A stretch of 64,000 nucleotides of DNA from Candidatus Krumholzibacteriota bacterium. Its GTDB lineage: Bacteria > Krumholzibacteriota > Krumholzibacteriia > JAJRXK01. Every line of letters begins with the position of its first letter. Position 1 is the stretch's first letter. Where the stretch lies: assembly GCA_963764625.1 (NCBI GenBank), contig CAVXTH010000009.1, forward strand, positions 352,001 to 416,000. The letters are read 5' to 3'. Under the pieces are notes generated by a model, which did no database searches, was not told where the DNA came from, and was given only the letters and a program-made list of their open reading frames with translations. Made by a program: the position numbers and the translations under genes. Positions 21,133 to 32,940 of the stretch are shown here, piece after piece.

Positions 21133-22005
21133 ATGACTGCCCGCGTCTACCGGCTCGCGTCCTCAGCTCACTCCTTGGTGCTCGAGGCGGAGGGCCGTTT
21201 CCTCGACCTCAGCGCGTATGCAGCCGAGCGAGGATTTCGCGCCAGTCTGCTGGGTCTGTGCCGGCAGGGCTTCTTCGAGCCGTCGACCCTCGCTGCCGCG
21301 CTGAACGACGACGGGTGGAAGGAACTCTCGCCGCCGCGCGAATCGGCCGGAGAGCTTGAAACGCCACTTTTGTGGCGCGAGGTGGGGAAAATCCTGGCGC
21401 TGGGCAAAAACTTCCGCGCGCACGCGGCCGAGTTCGGCGAAGAGGTTCCCAAAGAGCCGCTCTTCTTCAACAAGCTTCCCGAGCTTCTTCGTCCCCCCTC
21501 CGCCGAGGTCACCGTCCCTTCCTGGTACCGGGAGCGGGTGGATCACGAAGCCGAAGTCGCGGTGGTGATCGGCAAGCAGGGACACGAGGTGACGCTGAAG
21601 GAAGCCATGGATCACGTCGCGGGCTACACCGTTGCCAACGATCTCACCGCGCGAAGCCTGCAGAAGCGCGACCGCGAACTGAAGTTTCCCTGGTTTCGCG
21701 GAAAGAACCTCGATGGCTTCTGCCCCCTGGGGCCCTGTTTCGTGCCGCGCGAGCAGATCGAAATTGAAAACTTGAGGCTCTGCGCCCACGTGAACGGCGA
21801 GCTGCGGCAGGATGCTAATACGCGCGATTGGGTAGTGGACATCCCCCACGCGCTCGCCTACCTGTCGCGCCACCTGACTCTTCATCCCGGTGACCTGGTG
21901 CTCATGGGTACGCCCGAGGGAGTCAGTCCCCTGAACGACGGCGACGAAGTGGTGTGTTCGGTGGAGGGAATCGGCGAGCTGCGCACCACGATCCGGCGGC
22001 CGTAG
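21133..22005 (+). CDS. Fumarylacetoacetate hydrolase family protein
   Basis: 'KILALGKNFRAHAAE', 'PLFFNK', 'DHEAEVAVVIGK', 'NDLTAR', 'GDLVLMGTPEGV'. GAGG RBS. Confidence 0.93.
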   Translation: MTARVYRLASSAHSLVLEAEGRFLDLSAYAAERGFRASLLGLCRQGFFEPSTLAAALNDDGWKELSPPRESAGELETPLLWREVGKILALGKNFRAHAAEFGEEVPKEPLFFNKLPELLRPPSAEVTVPSWYRERVDHEAEVAVVIGKQGHEVTLKEAMDHVAGYTVANDLTARSLQKRDRELKFPWFRGKNLDGFCPLGPCFVPREQIEIENLRLCAHVNGELRQDANTRDWVVDIPHALAYLSRHLTLHPGDLVLMGTPEGVSPLNDGDEVVCSVEGIGELRTTIRRP

Positions 22006-22038
22006 GGTGCTGCTCTCCTCGTCCCGACTCTCGAGGGT

Positions 22039-22549
22039 CTACTGGCCGGGAAAATACTGATCCACCAGCGCAAGAAGATAGTCCCGCAGTTGCGCTGCGG
22101 CTCCGCTCGTGCAGCCGGTGATCTTCACGCTGAACTCGTCGGTTTCGTTGAGCAGGCGCAACACCTCCACCGTATCGCTCGAACTCACGCAGCCCGCGTC
22201 TCCCTGCTTGAAGATCTCGATCATGGAAGCATCGAGGGCGAGGCCCTCGGCCTGGTTCAACTCGCTCGTGCTGACCGTATCGATGGCGGTCACCGCCGAG
22301 GGCTCGTTCAGGGGATTCGCACGGATCTCTCCGCTGAACAGAACTTGTACGAATCCCAGGCAATCGCCGCCGGGCGGGCAGTCGATTCGTCTCCAGCTGA
22401 AGACTGACTCCTTCGCTCTGTGAATCGAAGCCGGGGTCGATCGGTGGAGGAGGGGCGACAGTGTCGTCATGGTGCGAGCAAGCCGCCCCCGCGAACGCGA
22501 GGACCAGAATGGCGAGCCAAAGGCAGTTCCAGTTCCGAGTGCGCATCAT
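22039..22549 (-). CDS. Hypothetical lipoprotein, frameshifted at ~22385-22395
   Basis: Lipobox 'LAFAGAAC' after a GGAAGG RBS. The N-terminal frame (...SLQLE) joins the 22039-22470 ORF (RIDCPPGGDC...YFPGQ). Confidence 0.6.
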
Positions 22550-22571
22550 GCACCTTCCGTGTGCGCAATCC

Positions 22572-24119
22572 TCAGGCCAAGGAGGGCAGGGCATCCTCGA
22601 TGAAGGACCTGAAGCTTCCTGACCCCACGAGAGTCTTGACCGCTTCGATGTCGGGCGAGAAGCGCCGGTCCTTCTCATAATACGGAACTTTCTTCCGCAC
22701 CATCCGCAAGACTTCCCGTAAAGGCTCGGAAGTCTCATGGGGGGCGTGGAATTCGATCCCTTGGCAGGCGGCCAAAAGTTCGATGGCGACGATTCCCGCC
22801 GTATTCTCGGCCATTGGCAGCAGCCGGCGCGCCCCGTGCGTTGCCATGCTCACGTGATCCTCCTGGTTGGCCGAGGTGGGAAGACTGTCGGTCGAGGTGG
22901 GCTGGGCCAAGTGCTTGTTTTCGCTCGCCAGCGCCGCGGCCGTCACGTGCGCGATCATGAAGCCGGAATTCACCCCGCTCTCGTTCACCAGGAACGCGGG
23001 AAGTCCGCTCATCTTCGGATCGGTCAAGAGGGCAATCCGGCGTTCGCTCATCGCTCCCATCTCGGCCAGGGCGAGAGCCAGAGTATCGGCCGCGAAGGCC
23101 ACCGGCTCCGCGTGGAAATTCCCGCCGCTGATGACCTCGCCGCTTTCGGGAAACACCAGGGGGTTGTCGGTCACGGCGTTGGCCTCGCGCTGTAGCTGCG
23201 CGGCGCAGAAGACGAGAAGATCGAGGCAGGCGCCCATGACCTGCGGCTGACAGCGCAGGCTGTAGGGATCCTGGACCCGATCACAATCTCGATGGCTGGC
23301 GTGAATCTGAGAGCCCTGCAGCAGAGTGCGGTAGCACGAAGCGATGGTCGTCTGCCCCTGAAGACCGCGTAGCTCGTGGATGCGCGGATCGAAGGGGGCG
23401 AGACTGGCCTTGGCCGCATCGATGCTCAACGCTCCCGCGACCACCGCCGCGGCCAGATCGTCTTCCGCCGCGAAAAGACCCCTCAGCGCCAGCGCGGTCG
23501 ACACCTGGGTTCCGTTGATGAGGGCCAGCCCTTCCTTGGGAGCCAGTTTCAGCGGAGTCAGACCGGCTCGCACCAGACCTTCGCGTGCCCCCATCTCCTC
23601 TTCCCGCACGCGAACCCGGCCCTCGCCCAGAAGAGTCGCCGCGAGATGGGCCAAAGGAGCGAGATCTCCCGAGGCGCCGACCGAACCCTGCGAGGGGACG
23701 CAGGGTAGAACCTCCGCCGTCAGTAGTGCCATCAACGCACGCACCAGCTCCACCCGTACTCCGCTGTGGCCGCGCGCGAGGCTCGCGATCTTCAGGACCA
23801 AGATGAGACGCACCGTCGCGTCGTCGAGCAGGGGTCCGGTGCCGGCGCTGTGCGAGAGGAGCAGGTTTCTCTGCAGGAGCGCGAGTTCGTCTTTCGGAAT
23901 ACGGGTTTGCGCCAGGAGACCGAAACCCGTGTTGACACCGTACACACTCTGGTCTTCGTTAAGAATCTTCTCGATGGTGGCGCGGGCGGCCTCGATGCGC
24001 TGCAGAGAATCACGGGTCAGTTCGAGGCGCACCGGACCTTCCTGTACGCGGCGAAGATCGCGCAAACTCAGAGTTCCGGCATTCAGAAGAAGTTTCGTCC
24101 CGGAGCTCTCGCGACTCAT
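22572..24119 (-). CDS. hutH: Histidine ammonia-lyase
   Basis: 'YGVNTGFG', 'LLLSH' (His specificity), MIO-forming 'GSVGASGDL', '[12 protein letters not shown]', '[10 protein letters not shown]'. Confidence 0.97.
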   Translation of the reverse strand: MSRESSGTKLLLNAGTLSLRDLRRVQEGPVRLELTRDSLQRIEAARATIEKILNEDQSVYGVNTGFGLLAQTRIPKDELALLQRNLLLSHSAGTGPLLDDATVRLILVLKIASLARGHSGVRVELVRALMALLTAEVLPCVPSQGSVGASGDLAPLAHLAATLLGEGRVRVREEEMGAREGLVRAGLTPLKLAPKEGLALINGTQVSTALALRGLFAAEDDLAAAVVAGALSIDAAKASLAPFDPRIHELRGLQGQTTIASCYRTLLQGSQIHASHRDCDRVQDPYSLRCQPQVMGACLDLLVFCAAQLQREANAVTDNPLVFPESGEVISGGNFHAEPVAFAADTLALALAEMGAMSERRIALLTDPKMSGLPAFLVNESGVNSGFMIAHVTAAALASENKHLAQPTSTDSLPTSANQEDHVSMATHGARRLLPMAENTAGIVAIELLAACQGIEFHAPHETSEPLREVLRMVRKKVPYYEKDRRFSPDIEAVKTLVGSGSFRSFIEDALPSLA

Positions 24120-25459
24120 CGGGAAGCCGCCGCACTGCCCTTGGACTTTCCGCGCGCTTTCTTACTCTCGTAGAGCTGGAAGAGCTCCGCCAGAAGGCGA
24201 GGAACCAGGCGCATGCGCTCGGGGGATTCCACATAGGCGACCCGGAGCTGGGTCGTTCCCGGATTCTCGGCGCCGGGTGCGACTTCGTAGAAGCCGGCCA
24301 TGGGGGCGGTCAAGAGAGTGAAGGACTTGCCATCGATGCGAACCTCGCCTTCTTCGGCACAAAAGAGCGCGAACTCGTGCGCGTCGAACCCGGGCCCCGC
24401 CGCGTCCTTCAGATCGACCACCGAGTAGAGCGCCGCGTCGGGACTGGAGACGATGGCCAGTGGCATGCGCTCTTTCATCTCCTGTGCGAAGTCCTTGAGC
24501 ATGTTGCCATAGTAACGGCGCTGATGAGCAAACCACTCACGCAGTTGATCGTGACTGGTGTGCGCCAGAGCGCCGAAGATCCACTGGCCGATGTGATTGC
24601 TGCAGAGAGCGGCGGTGTTTTCCGCCACCGCTTTGCGATGAAACTCCTCGTTGTCGGTGACGAGCGCGCCGATGCGCAGGCCGCACGCGTTCCACACCTT
24701 GCTGGCGGTCTCGATGCTGATGCGGCGGCCGGAGAGTCCAGGGACTTCGTCTTCACTCAGATGCCACAGGCTGATGGACTTTTCGCCCGTGTAGGAGAGT
24801 TCCCGGTAGGCCTCGTCGCTGATCAACCAGAGATCGTGTTTCACGCACAGTCGCGCGAGCTGGAGCATCGTCTCCCGCGAGTAGAGTTGTCCGGTGGGAT
24901 TGTCGTAGGGAATGACGACCATCCCGGCGGGTTTGTGTTTCGTGATGACGGACTCGATCTCATCCAGAGCGGGCAGCTCGAACCGTCCGCTGCGTTCGAG
25001 TCGGCGCGAGATGGTGACGGTCGCGCGCCCGAGACGGCTGGCGAACGCGCCGTAGTTGGTATACGCGGGATCGATCAAGAGCAGGGGTCGGCCCGTGCTT
25101 CCGGCCGACCCGCACAGGCCCGTGATGACCAATTCCATGGCCTGGCTTCCGCCGTCGGTGATCTGCACATGCAAACCCTTGGTGGGACAAGAGCTGGCCG
25201 CGAGAACGTTCAGAAAAGCTCGCTGTGTCTCGGCCAGTCCCACCGTTGGCGTGTAGCGCACGATGCCTTCGGCGAAGGGGCTGTCCTTCTCTCCGAGTCG
25301 TCTCATTCGATCCACGAGGTCGGGATGCATGGGGAGGGACACGTTGCCGATGGCGACGTTCACTGCTTCACAGTCGCCTCCGCGCTCGGCGAAACGGATG
25401 CTGGCCACCCGAATCGCCGAGGGTTGACGCCTCTTAAAGTGCTCGGAGAGCGTGGGCAT
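24116..25459 (-). CDS. PLP-dependent aminotransferase, class I/II
   Basis: 'PYDNPTG', 'DEAYRE', PLP lysine '[12 protein letters not shown]'. ATGA overlap with hutH. Confidence 0.9.
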   Translation of the reverse strand: MPTLSEHFKRRQPSAIRVASIRFAERGGDCEAVNVAIGNVSLPMHPDLVDRMRRLGEKDSPFAEGIVRYTPTVGLAETQRAFLNVLAASSCPTKGLHVQITDGGSQAMELVITGLCGSAGSTGRPLLLIDPAYTNYGAFASRLGRATVTISRRLERSGRFELPALDEIESVITKHKPAGMVVIPYDNPTGQLYSRETMLQLARLCVKHDLWLISDEAYRELSYTGEKSISLWHLSEDEVPGLSGRRISIETASKVWNACGLRIGALVTDNEEFHRKAVAENTAALCSNHIGQWIFGALAHTSHDQLREWFAHQRRYYGNMLKDFAQEMKERMPLAIVSSPDAALYSVVDLKDAAGPGFDAHEFALFCAEEGEVRIDGKSFTLLTAPMAGFYEVAPGAENPGTTQLRVAYVESPERMRLVPRLLAELFQLYESKKARGKSKGSAAASR

Positions 25460-25535
25460 GATCGTCTCCTGCTCGCGGCTGGAAGTGTGCTCGTTTCAGC
25501 GAGAACTCTCCTTCAAGATAGCCTTACGGCCCACA

Positions 25536-26099
25536 TTAGAAAGGGAAGCCCAGGCCCGCGGTGAGGGTGAAGAACTGCAGGTTATCGATTCCGCTCATGA
25601 ACGCGACATTCATGCGGCCCTCGATCGTGAGATGCACCGCGGGGCCTCCGAAGGCGGTTCCCAGACCCACGCCGCTCGCGAATCCGCTCTTGGAGCCGCC
25701 GCCAGGCAGATTGTAATTGGCGTAGCCCGCGTCCACGCTCAAGAAGAAGGGCGAGGCCTTGGAGTGCGCCTTGAGCCCCAGGGTTCCCTCGAAGTACGAG
25801 CTGCCCGTCTCGCGTCCATTGGACTCGAGTAAGGCCTTGAGGTTTTTGTTCACCACCAGGGGAGAATAGGCCGCGCGCAGGAAGACCCCCAGCAGGGCCA
25901 CCTGCCCCAGCGGATTCACGTCCTGGATGTCGAAGGTCGCGCCGAAGTACGGAGAGGTATCGTTCACGTCCCCGAAACTCGAGAAAGGAAAGAGACCGCC
26001 TGCTTCCACCGCGAGCCGGTTCTGGGCCAGCGCGGGCGCCGCGAGCACGACCAAAACCAATGACACGATCATGATACCCCAGAGGGATCGAGCTTTCAT
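25536..26099 (-). CDS. Small outer-membrane beta-barrel protein
   Basis: AGGAGGT RBS, signal peptide ending ALA, amphipathic strands, C-terminal 'LTAGLGFPF'. Confidence 0.8.
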   Translation of the reverse strand: MKARSLWGIMIVSLVLVVLAAPALAQNRLAVEAGGLFPFSSFGDVNDTSPYFGATFDIQDVNPLGQVALLGVFLRAAYSPLVVNKNLKALLESNGRETGSSYFEGTLGLKAHSKASPFFLSVDAGYANYNLPGGGSKSGFASGVGLGTAFGGPAVHLTIEGRMNVAFMSGIDNLQFFTLTAGLGFPF

Positions 26100-26220
26100 C
26101 GCTACCTCCTGCCTGTCGGGCTGAACCGATTGAATTGGCCAGAGAGTACGGCTCGACCCTTCCATTCTCAAGCTCTCGATCAACTGCGCCAGAGAGCCGA
26201 TTTCTGACGGTTCACGCCCG

Positions 26221-27660
26221 TCACTCCTCTTCTTCGGACTCGTTGAGATCCCGGCCTACCAGGTCACTTGCGCGCGGGGGAAGAAGAGGCGCGAGGTGGG
26301 CGAGTCTCCAGGCGGGGGTCCCCTCGAGCGCGAAATACTCGGGAGATTGAAAGAGGCGATGGATCATCATCCGGCGCATGCCGAGGTTGGGCCGAGAACT
26401 CCAACCCTCGATTTCCTCCGGCGCCCCCTCGCGGTCCGCCACTTCGCGGTAGAGGGTGGCGATGAAGACCCGCCACTTCCGCTCGCAGTCCTGCCAACGT
26501 TCCTCGCTGGCCCAAAGTCGCCCCTGCTCTTGGCAATACGCTTCGTCGAAGCTCTTGGCGGTGTCCTTGGCCACGGCCCGGTGAAAATCGGTGGCGACCC
26601 ACTCTCTCCACTTCCGCTCCCAGCTCGCAACCCACGGCGCGAACGCGGGACTGGAGTCTGCTTGGTCCAAAATCTCGCGGAAGTACACGGCCGAATCCTC
26701 CGCCACGCTGCCCTGGGTCTGCAGGCACTTGCGTTCCAGCGCCCCTTGGTAGCGATAGAGCTCCTGCAGGTACGCTTCGTAGACGAACCCCGGTCCAGTC
26801 CGCAGATGTTCGGTGAGATTCTCCACCGGGGCCTGGGTGATCACGGTGGCCAGGATCGCCATGCTCAGCGCGATGGCGGGGAGGCTGCGCCAACGGCGAT
26901 AACTGAGGGCCCAGACCAACATGGCCAAGAAGGCGAAGAGCATGATCAGGCCGTTGGGCCAGTGGATGAAGGCGAAGAGGCTCGCCGGAACCAGCAGTTG
27001 CGCGCGCGGGCTCGCTCCGATTGCACGCAGCCGCCGCATGGCGAAAACCAGGAACAGACTCAACTGGAGGAACGCGTAGAGCGGATAGCTCAGCAGGGAC
27101 ACCAGAACGCGATGCCAGTGGGGCAGCGCTTGCCAAAGGTGCCGCAGGTCGAAGCGGGTGAGGAGAAGAACGAGCAGAATCCATCCCGCCACCGCGAGGG
27201 CGGTGGGAAGAGCGAGAAATCGCGCCGTCTTCTGAAAGCCACTCGAGCTTCCGGTCAGTTCCCGCCAGCCGTCTTCTTTCAGCATCAGGCCGATCAAGAG
27301 GAGGATGACCAGCGCGAGGACCAGGTAGTGAACGGGTCGGTAGCTAGCCGAGGGGATCCACGCCCATACCAGCAGAAAGATCCCCGGGAACACCAAAAGC
27401 TCCCGCTCGGCGCGCCGAATTGCAGCCCCTTGCGAAGCAGACGCCTTTGTCGTCCCTGGGCTTTCGCGCCGGGCCCGCGACCGGCTCCACGGAACCGCTG
27501 CCGCCACGAACAGGACGAGCCCGGCCGCGATCGCGAGCCCGGGCGAGAGAAGGCCGGCCAGTGGAAAGGGGGCGGCGTGACGCAATCCCACGGTTTGATA
27601 CCGAAGGCCGGTGCTGAGGAGGATCACTCCCAGGCTGAAGAGAAGAGCTTGCCAGGGCAT
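26221..27660 (-). CDS. CPBP/Abi-like intramembrane protease fused to a soluble DUF4214-like C-terminal domain
   Basis: Multiple TMs, 'YAFLQL', 'LFAFIHWPN', 'RSLPAIALSM'; C-terminal 'LYREVADREG..EIEGW' and 'LFQSPEYF'. Confidence 0.6.
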   Translation of the reverse strand: MPWQALLFSLGVILLSTGLRYQTVGLRHAAPFPLAGLLSPGLAIAAGLVLFVAAAVPWSRSRARRESPGTTKASASQGAAIRRAERELLVFPGIFLLVWAWIPSASYRPVHYLVLALVILLLIGLMLKEDGWRELTGSSSGFQKTARFLALPTALAVAGWILLVLLLTRFDLRHLWQALPHWHRVLVSLLSYPLYAFLQLSLFLVFAMRRLRAIGASPRAQLLVPASLFAFIHWPNGLIMLFAFLAMLVWALSYRRWRSLPAIALSMAILATVITQAPVENLTEHLRTGPGFVYEAYLQELYRYQGALERKCLQTQGSVAEDSAVYFREILDQADSSPAFAPWVASWERKWREWVATDFHRAVAKDTAKSFDEAYCQEQGRLWASEERWQDCERKWRVFIATLYREVADREGAPEEIEGWSSRPNLGMRRMMIHRLFQSPEYFALEGTPAWRLAHLAPLLPPRASDLVGRDLNESEEEE

Positions 27661-27780
27661 AGGGGTTGGCGCGGGAGTGGGGACAACGCGAATTGCAGCT
27701 TCCGCTCACGGATTTGCCTTGTCAAGCCGCCAGACATTGCGCGAAGTCGCAGAAACGATAGATTTTTTGCGACCTTCCCA

Positions 27781-27813
27781 GCTCAGGAGGTGCCCATTGA
27801 TGCTATCCTGAGC
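27781..27813 (+). promoter_or_regulatory. Inverted repeat GCTCAGGA-N17-TCCTGAGC overlapping an extended -10 (TGCTATCCT) upstream of ahcY
   Basis: Perfect 8-bp inverted repeat read directly; function inferred. Confidence 0.4.
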
Positions 27814-27866
27814 ATTCCCCGCGCATTCATCCGCGCTTGAACACCGAGAGTTCGAACGGAGACCCC

Positions 27867-29327
27867 ATGACGACGACCCCTACCTCGACCCGTCTGGGCC
27901 ACAAAGTGGCCGACCTCACTCTGCACGAGAGTGGGCGCAAAGAGATTCGCCTGGCGGAGCACGAGATGCCCGGCCTGATGGCTGTGCGGAAGCGCTACGC
28001 GCAAGACAAGCCGCTCAAAGGCGCCAAGATCATGGGGAGTCTCCACATGACGGTGCAGACCGCAGTGCTCATCGAGACCCTTAGGGAGCTCGGCGCGGAC
28101 ATCCGTTGGGCCAGCTGCAACATCTTCTCGACGCAGGACCAGGCTGCGGCCGCGGTCGTGGTGGGTCCCAATGGCAGCGTGGAAGCGCCGGCCGGGGTCC
28201 CGGTATTCGCCTGGAAGGGAGAGAGCCTGCCCGAGTACTGGTGGTGCACGTCGGAGGCGCTGCTGTGGCCGGACGGAAGTGGGCCCGATCTCATCGTGGA
28301 CGACGGGGGCGACGCCACCCTGATGGTCACCAAGGGAGCCCGGTTCGAGCGCGAAGGGAAGATTCCTCAGTTCGATCCCAAGAACGACAGCGAAGAGTGG
28401 GATGCGTTCTTGAGCGCACTTCGCGAGAGCGCGAAGAACCATCCCTCCCGCTGGGTCGAGGTGGAAAAGAACATTCGCGGGGTGAGTGAGGAGACCACCA
28501 CCGGAGTCCACCGTCTCTACCAGATGGCCAAGGCGGGCGAGCTGCCGTTCGCCGCGATGAACGTGAACGACTCGGTCACAAAGAGCAAATTCGACAACAT
28601 CTACGGCTGCCGGCACAGTCTGCCCGACGGAATCATGCGCGCCACCGACGTGATGCTGGGTGGAAAGGTCGCGGTCGTGGCCGGCTTCGGAGAGGTCGGC
28701 AAGGGCTGCGCACAGGCCCTGCGCGGGCAAGGTTGCCGCGTCATCATCACCGAAATCGATCCCATCTGCGCGCTTCAGGCGGCGATGGAGGGCTATGAAG
28801 TCAAGACCATGGACGAAGTGGTCGAGTCCGCGGACATCTTCATCACATCCACCGGAAACTTCGACATCGTCACCGCGGAGCACATGTCCCGCATGAAGGA
28901 CAAGGCCATCGTGGGGAACATCGGCCACTTCGACAACGAGATCGACATGGCCGGTCTCAAGAAGATCTCCGGAGTGAAGCGGGTGAACATCAAGCCCCAG
29001 TACGACGAATGGGTCTTCCCCGACGGTCACAGCGTTCTCATTCTGGCCGAAGGCCGCCTGCTGAATCTGGGTTGTGCCACCGGCCACCCGAGCTTCGTGA
29101 TGTCCGCGTCCTTCACCAACCAGGTCCTGGCGCAGCTCGAGCTGTGGAAGAGCTACGAGAGCTACGGCAAGAGCGTCCACGTGCTGCCCAAGAAGCTCGA
29201 CGAAGAGGTCGCGCGCTTGCACCTGGATCATCTGGGAGTGAAGCTCACGCGCATGAGCGAAGCGCAGTCGAAATATCTGGGAATTCCGGTGGATGGCCCC
29301 TACAAGCCCGATCATTACCGCTACTGA
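27867..29327 (+). CDS. ahcY: Adenosylhomocysteinase
   Basis: 'EMPGLM', '[15 protein letters not shown]', 'SCNIFSTQD', 'EETTTGV', 'KSKFDN.YGCR', C-terminal '[10 protein letters not shown]'. Confidence 0.98.
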   Translation: MTTTPTSTRLGHKVADLTLHESGRKEIRLAEHEMPGLMAVRKRYAQDKPLKGAKIMGSLHMTVQTAVLIETLRELGADIRWASCNIFSTQDQAAAAVVVGPNGSVEAPAGVPVFAWKGESLPEYWWCTSEALLWPDGSGPDLIVDDGGDATLMVTKGARFEREGKIPQFDPKNDSEEWDAFLSALRESAKNHPSRWVEVEKNIRGVSEETTTGVHRLYQMAKAGELPFAAMNVNDSVTKSKFDNIYGCRHSLPDGIMRATDVMLGGKVAVVAGFGEVGKGCAQALRGQGCRVIITEIDPICALQAAMEGYEVKTMDEVVESADIFITSTGNFDIVTAEHMSRMKDKAIVGNIGHFDNEIDMAGLKKISGVKRVNIKPQYDEWVFPDGHSVLILAEGRLLNLGCATGHPSFVMSASFTNQVLAQLELWKSYESYGKSVHVLPKKLDEEVARLHLDHLGVKLTRMSEAQSKYLGIPVDGPYKPDHYRY

Positions 29328-29377
29328 TAAGTGCGGTGGGGTGGGGGGTCTTCGGGCGGCGCGGTCACGCCGAGTAC

Positions 29378-30202
29378 TCACGCGCGGGGTGGTTCCTCCG
29401 CGTAGGATTCCTGTACCACACTTCCATTCTCCAGACAGACGGCGCTGAGGGATTCCCCCCACACGCAGCCGGAGTCGAGGCACCAGGCGTCCTCGCGCAG
29501 CATCAGACCCAGACGGGCCCAGTGGCCGAAGAGAACCCTCTGCCCTGAGGTGCGGCGCTCTTTTGCCAGGAACCAGGCCCGCGTGCCGCTTGGCTTCTCC
29601 GAGGGACTTCCGGTGAAGGATTCCACCATCTCGCCCGCGGCGTTGACGAGACGGAGGTGGGTAGCAATCCGCAGGAAGGACGCCTGTGCACGAAGCTCGG
29701 GTGAAGGGTCGCTTCCCGGCTGGGGAGAGTCGTCTTTCGTCAGGGCCAAGAGGGAGGCGGCATCCGGGCCCTTCAGGGTCGTCGCGCAGGTGGTGGCCCG
29801 CTCGAGCGCAAAGGACGCGGTCCAGGCGGGCAAAAGGCCGGCGTGGACCAGGAGGCACCCGCTCTCTCGGTCGTGCACCAGGAGCGGGCGCGCCCGCATC
29901 CACTCCAGGATCTCCGCCCGATCCGGGGCGTCGAGTACTGCCGATAGGGCGTTGGGACGCGAGAATCCCGGCACTCTCCACCCCGCTCCCAAAAGCTGCA
30001 AATCGTGGTTTCCCAACACGCAGGTCAGATCTGGACCCTGTTGCATCGCCCAGCGCACCACTCCCAGGGAGTCGGGTCCGCGGTTGACCAGATCACCCGT
30101 CAGGAGCAGACGATCCCGCCCGGGTCGAGCGTCGAGCTTCGCCACGAGGCGCTGGAGGGTACGAGAACATCCGTGAATGTCGCCGATGAGGTAGCTGGCC
30201 AT
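29378..30202 (-). CDS. apaH: Symmetrical bis(5'-nucleosyl)-tetraphosphatase
   Basis: 'GDIHG', 'GDLVNRGPDS', 'LGNHD', 'VHAG', 'FGHWA', 'LDSGCVWG'. Confidence 0.93.
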   Translation of the reverse strand: MASYLIGDIHGCSRTLQRLVAKLDARPGRDRLLLTGDLVNRGPDSLGVVRWAMQQGPDLTCVLGNHDLQLLGAGWRVPGFSRPNALSAVLDAPDRAEILEWMRARPLLVHDRESGCLLVHAGLLPAWTASFALERATTCATTLKGPDAASLLALTKDDSPQPGSDPSPELRAQASFLRIATHLRLVNAAGEMVESFTGSPSEKPSGTRAWFLAKERRTSGQRVLFGHWARLGLMLREDAWCLDSGCVWGESLSAVCLENGSVVQESYAEEPPRA

Positions 30203-30361
30203 GGTGGAGTAGCTTGGGGGGACTCGGGCCACAAGGCAAGATTGCCTTGGGTTTTTCGCGCGATTCATTAGCATGTACACCTCGACATTCGCGAAGTCTC
30301 GGTTTGCTGCTCGTCAGCGCAGTTCACCCCCTGAGGGGGTGCTATCCACAGGAGGAGCTCG

Positions 30362-31042
30362 ATGCGTCGTCCAATCGCCTTCGTCGCGATCGTTGTTTTC
30401 GCTGTTTTTTCATGTTTTTTCGCGGGCTGCAATCAGAACACCAAGGATCCCAACGCGAAGGACCAGGCTTCGGTGCAGAAGCAGGCGCCGGTGCAGGGCG
30501 ATGAGCAACTCCCGGCCGGCCACCCGCCCATCGAGGGCATGACGCCCCAGGCCTCAGGCGGCAAGTCGCCCACCGTCATCGCGGGGGTGTCCTACACCGT
30601 TCCCGGAGAGTGGGTCGACGGAGGGGCTTCCGGGATGCGCGCGGCCCAGTTCCAGCTGCCCCCGGTGGGCGCGGACAAGGCTCCGGCGGAAGTCACCGCG
30701 TTCTACTTCGGACCCAAGAGTGGCGGGGGCGTCGACGCCAACATCGCGCGCTGGATCGGCCAGATGACCGAGCCCGATGGGAGCAGCTCCGCCGATAAGG
30801 CCAAGCGCGAGAACCTCGAGGTGGACGGAATGCCGCTCCACATCGTCTCCGTCGACGGTACCTACAACGCGGGCAGTATGAGTTCCGATGCCGGCCCTCA
30901 CGAGGGGTATCGCATGGTGGGCGCCATCGTGGAGGGTCCTGAGGGCAGCGTGTTCTTCAAGCTGGTCGGTCCGAAGCAGACGGCGAGCGAAATGGAAGCT
31001 GGCCTGCGGGCCCTGGTGAAGAGCTTCAAGAAGCAGGGCTGA
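30362..31042 (+). CDS. Conserved hypothetical lipoprotein with LPxGHPP motif
   Basis: AGGAGG RBS, lipobox 'FAGC', 'LPAGHPPI', 'GGVDANIARWIGQ', 'PEGSVFFKLVGP'. Confidence 0.8.
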   Translation: MRRPIAFVAIVVFAVFSCFFAGCNQNTKDPNAKDQASVQKQAPVQGDEQLPAGHPPIEGMTPQASGGKSPTVIAGVSYTVPGEWVDGGASGMRAAQFQLPPVGADKAPAEVTAFYFGPKSGGGVDANIARWIGQMTEPDGSSSADKAKRENLEVDGMPLHIVSVDGTYNAGSMSSDAGPHEGYRMVGAIVEGPEGSVFFKLVGPKQTASEMEAGLRALVKSFKKQG

Positions 31043-31049
31043 GAAAGCT

Positions 31050-32723
<1,674 letters not shown>

Positions 32724-32940
32724 GCTCAGCGCACCAGGACGAGACGCCGGGTATCCAGGGAATCGGCCGCGGTGGCTAGGGCGGTCAAGAGCAACAAGGG
32801 GACCTCGTTCATGGGGACTCCAGAAGCGAGACGGAAGTGAGGGCACTGGTCACAGAGTATAGGACAATTTCAGCCCTGCCGGGGGGGAAGACCTGCACCC
32901 TCGGGTAAGGAGATTCGCTCCCATCCAGTGGGTAAAGAAC

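Noticed and set aside
27781-27860. Canonical SAH riboswitch before ahcY
   Set aside because: Core conserved nucleotides and the pseudoknot partner were not found; kept only as an unexplained inverted repeat.
27783-29981. 732-aa minus-strand ORF
   Set aside because: Shadow of ahcY caused by GC-rich codon bias; no recognisable motifs.
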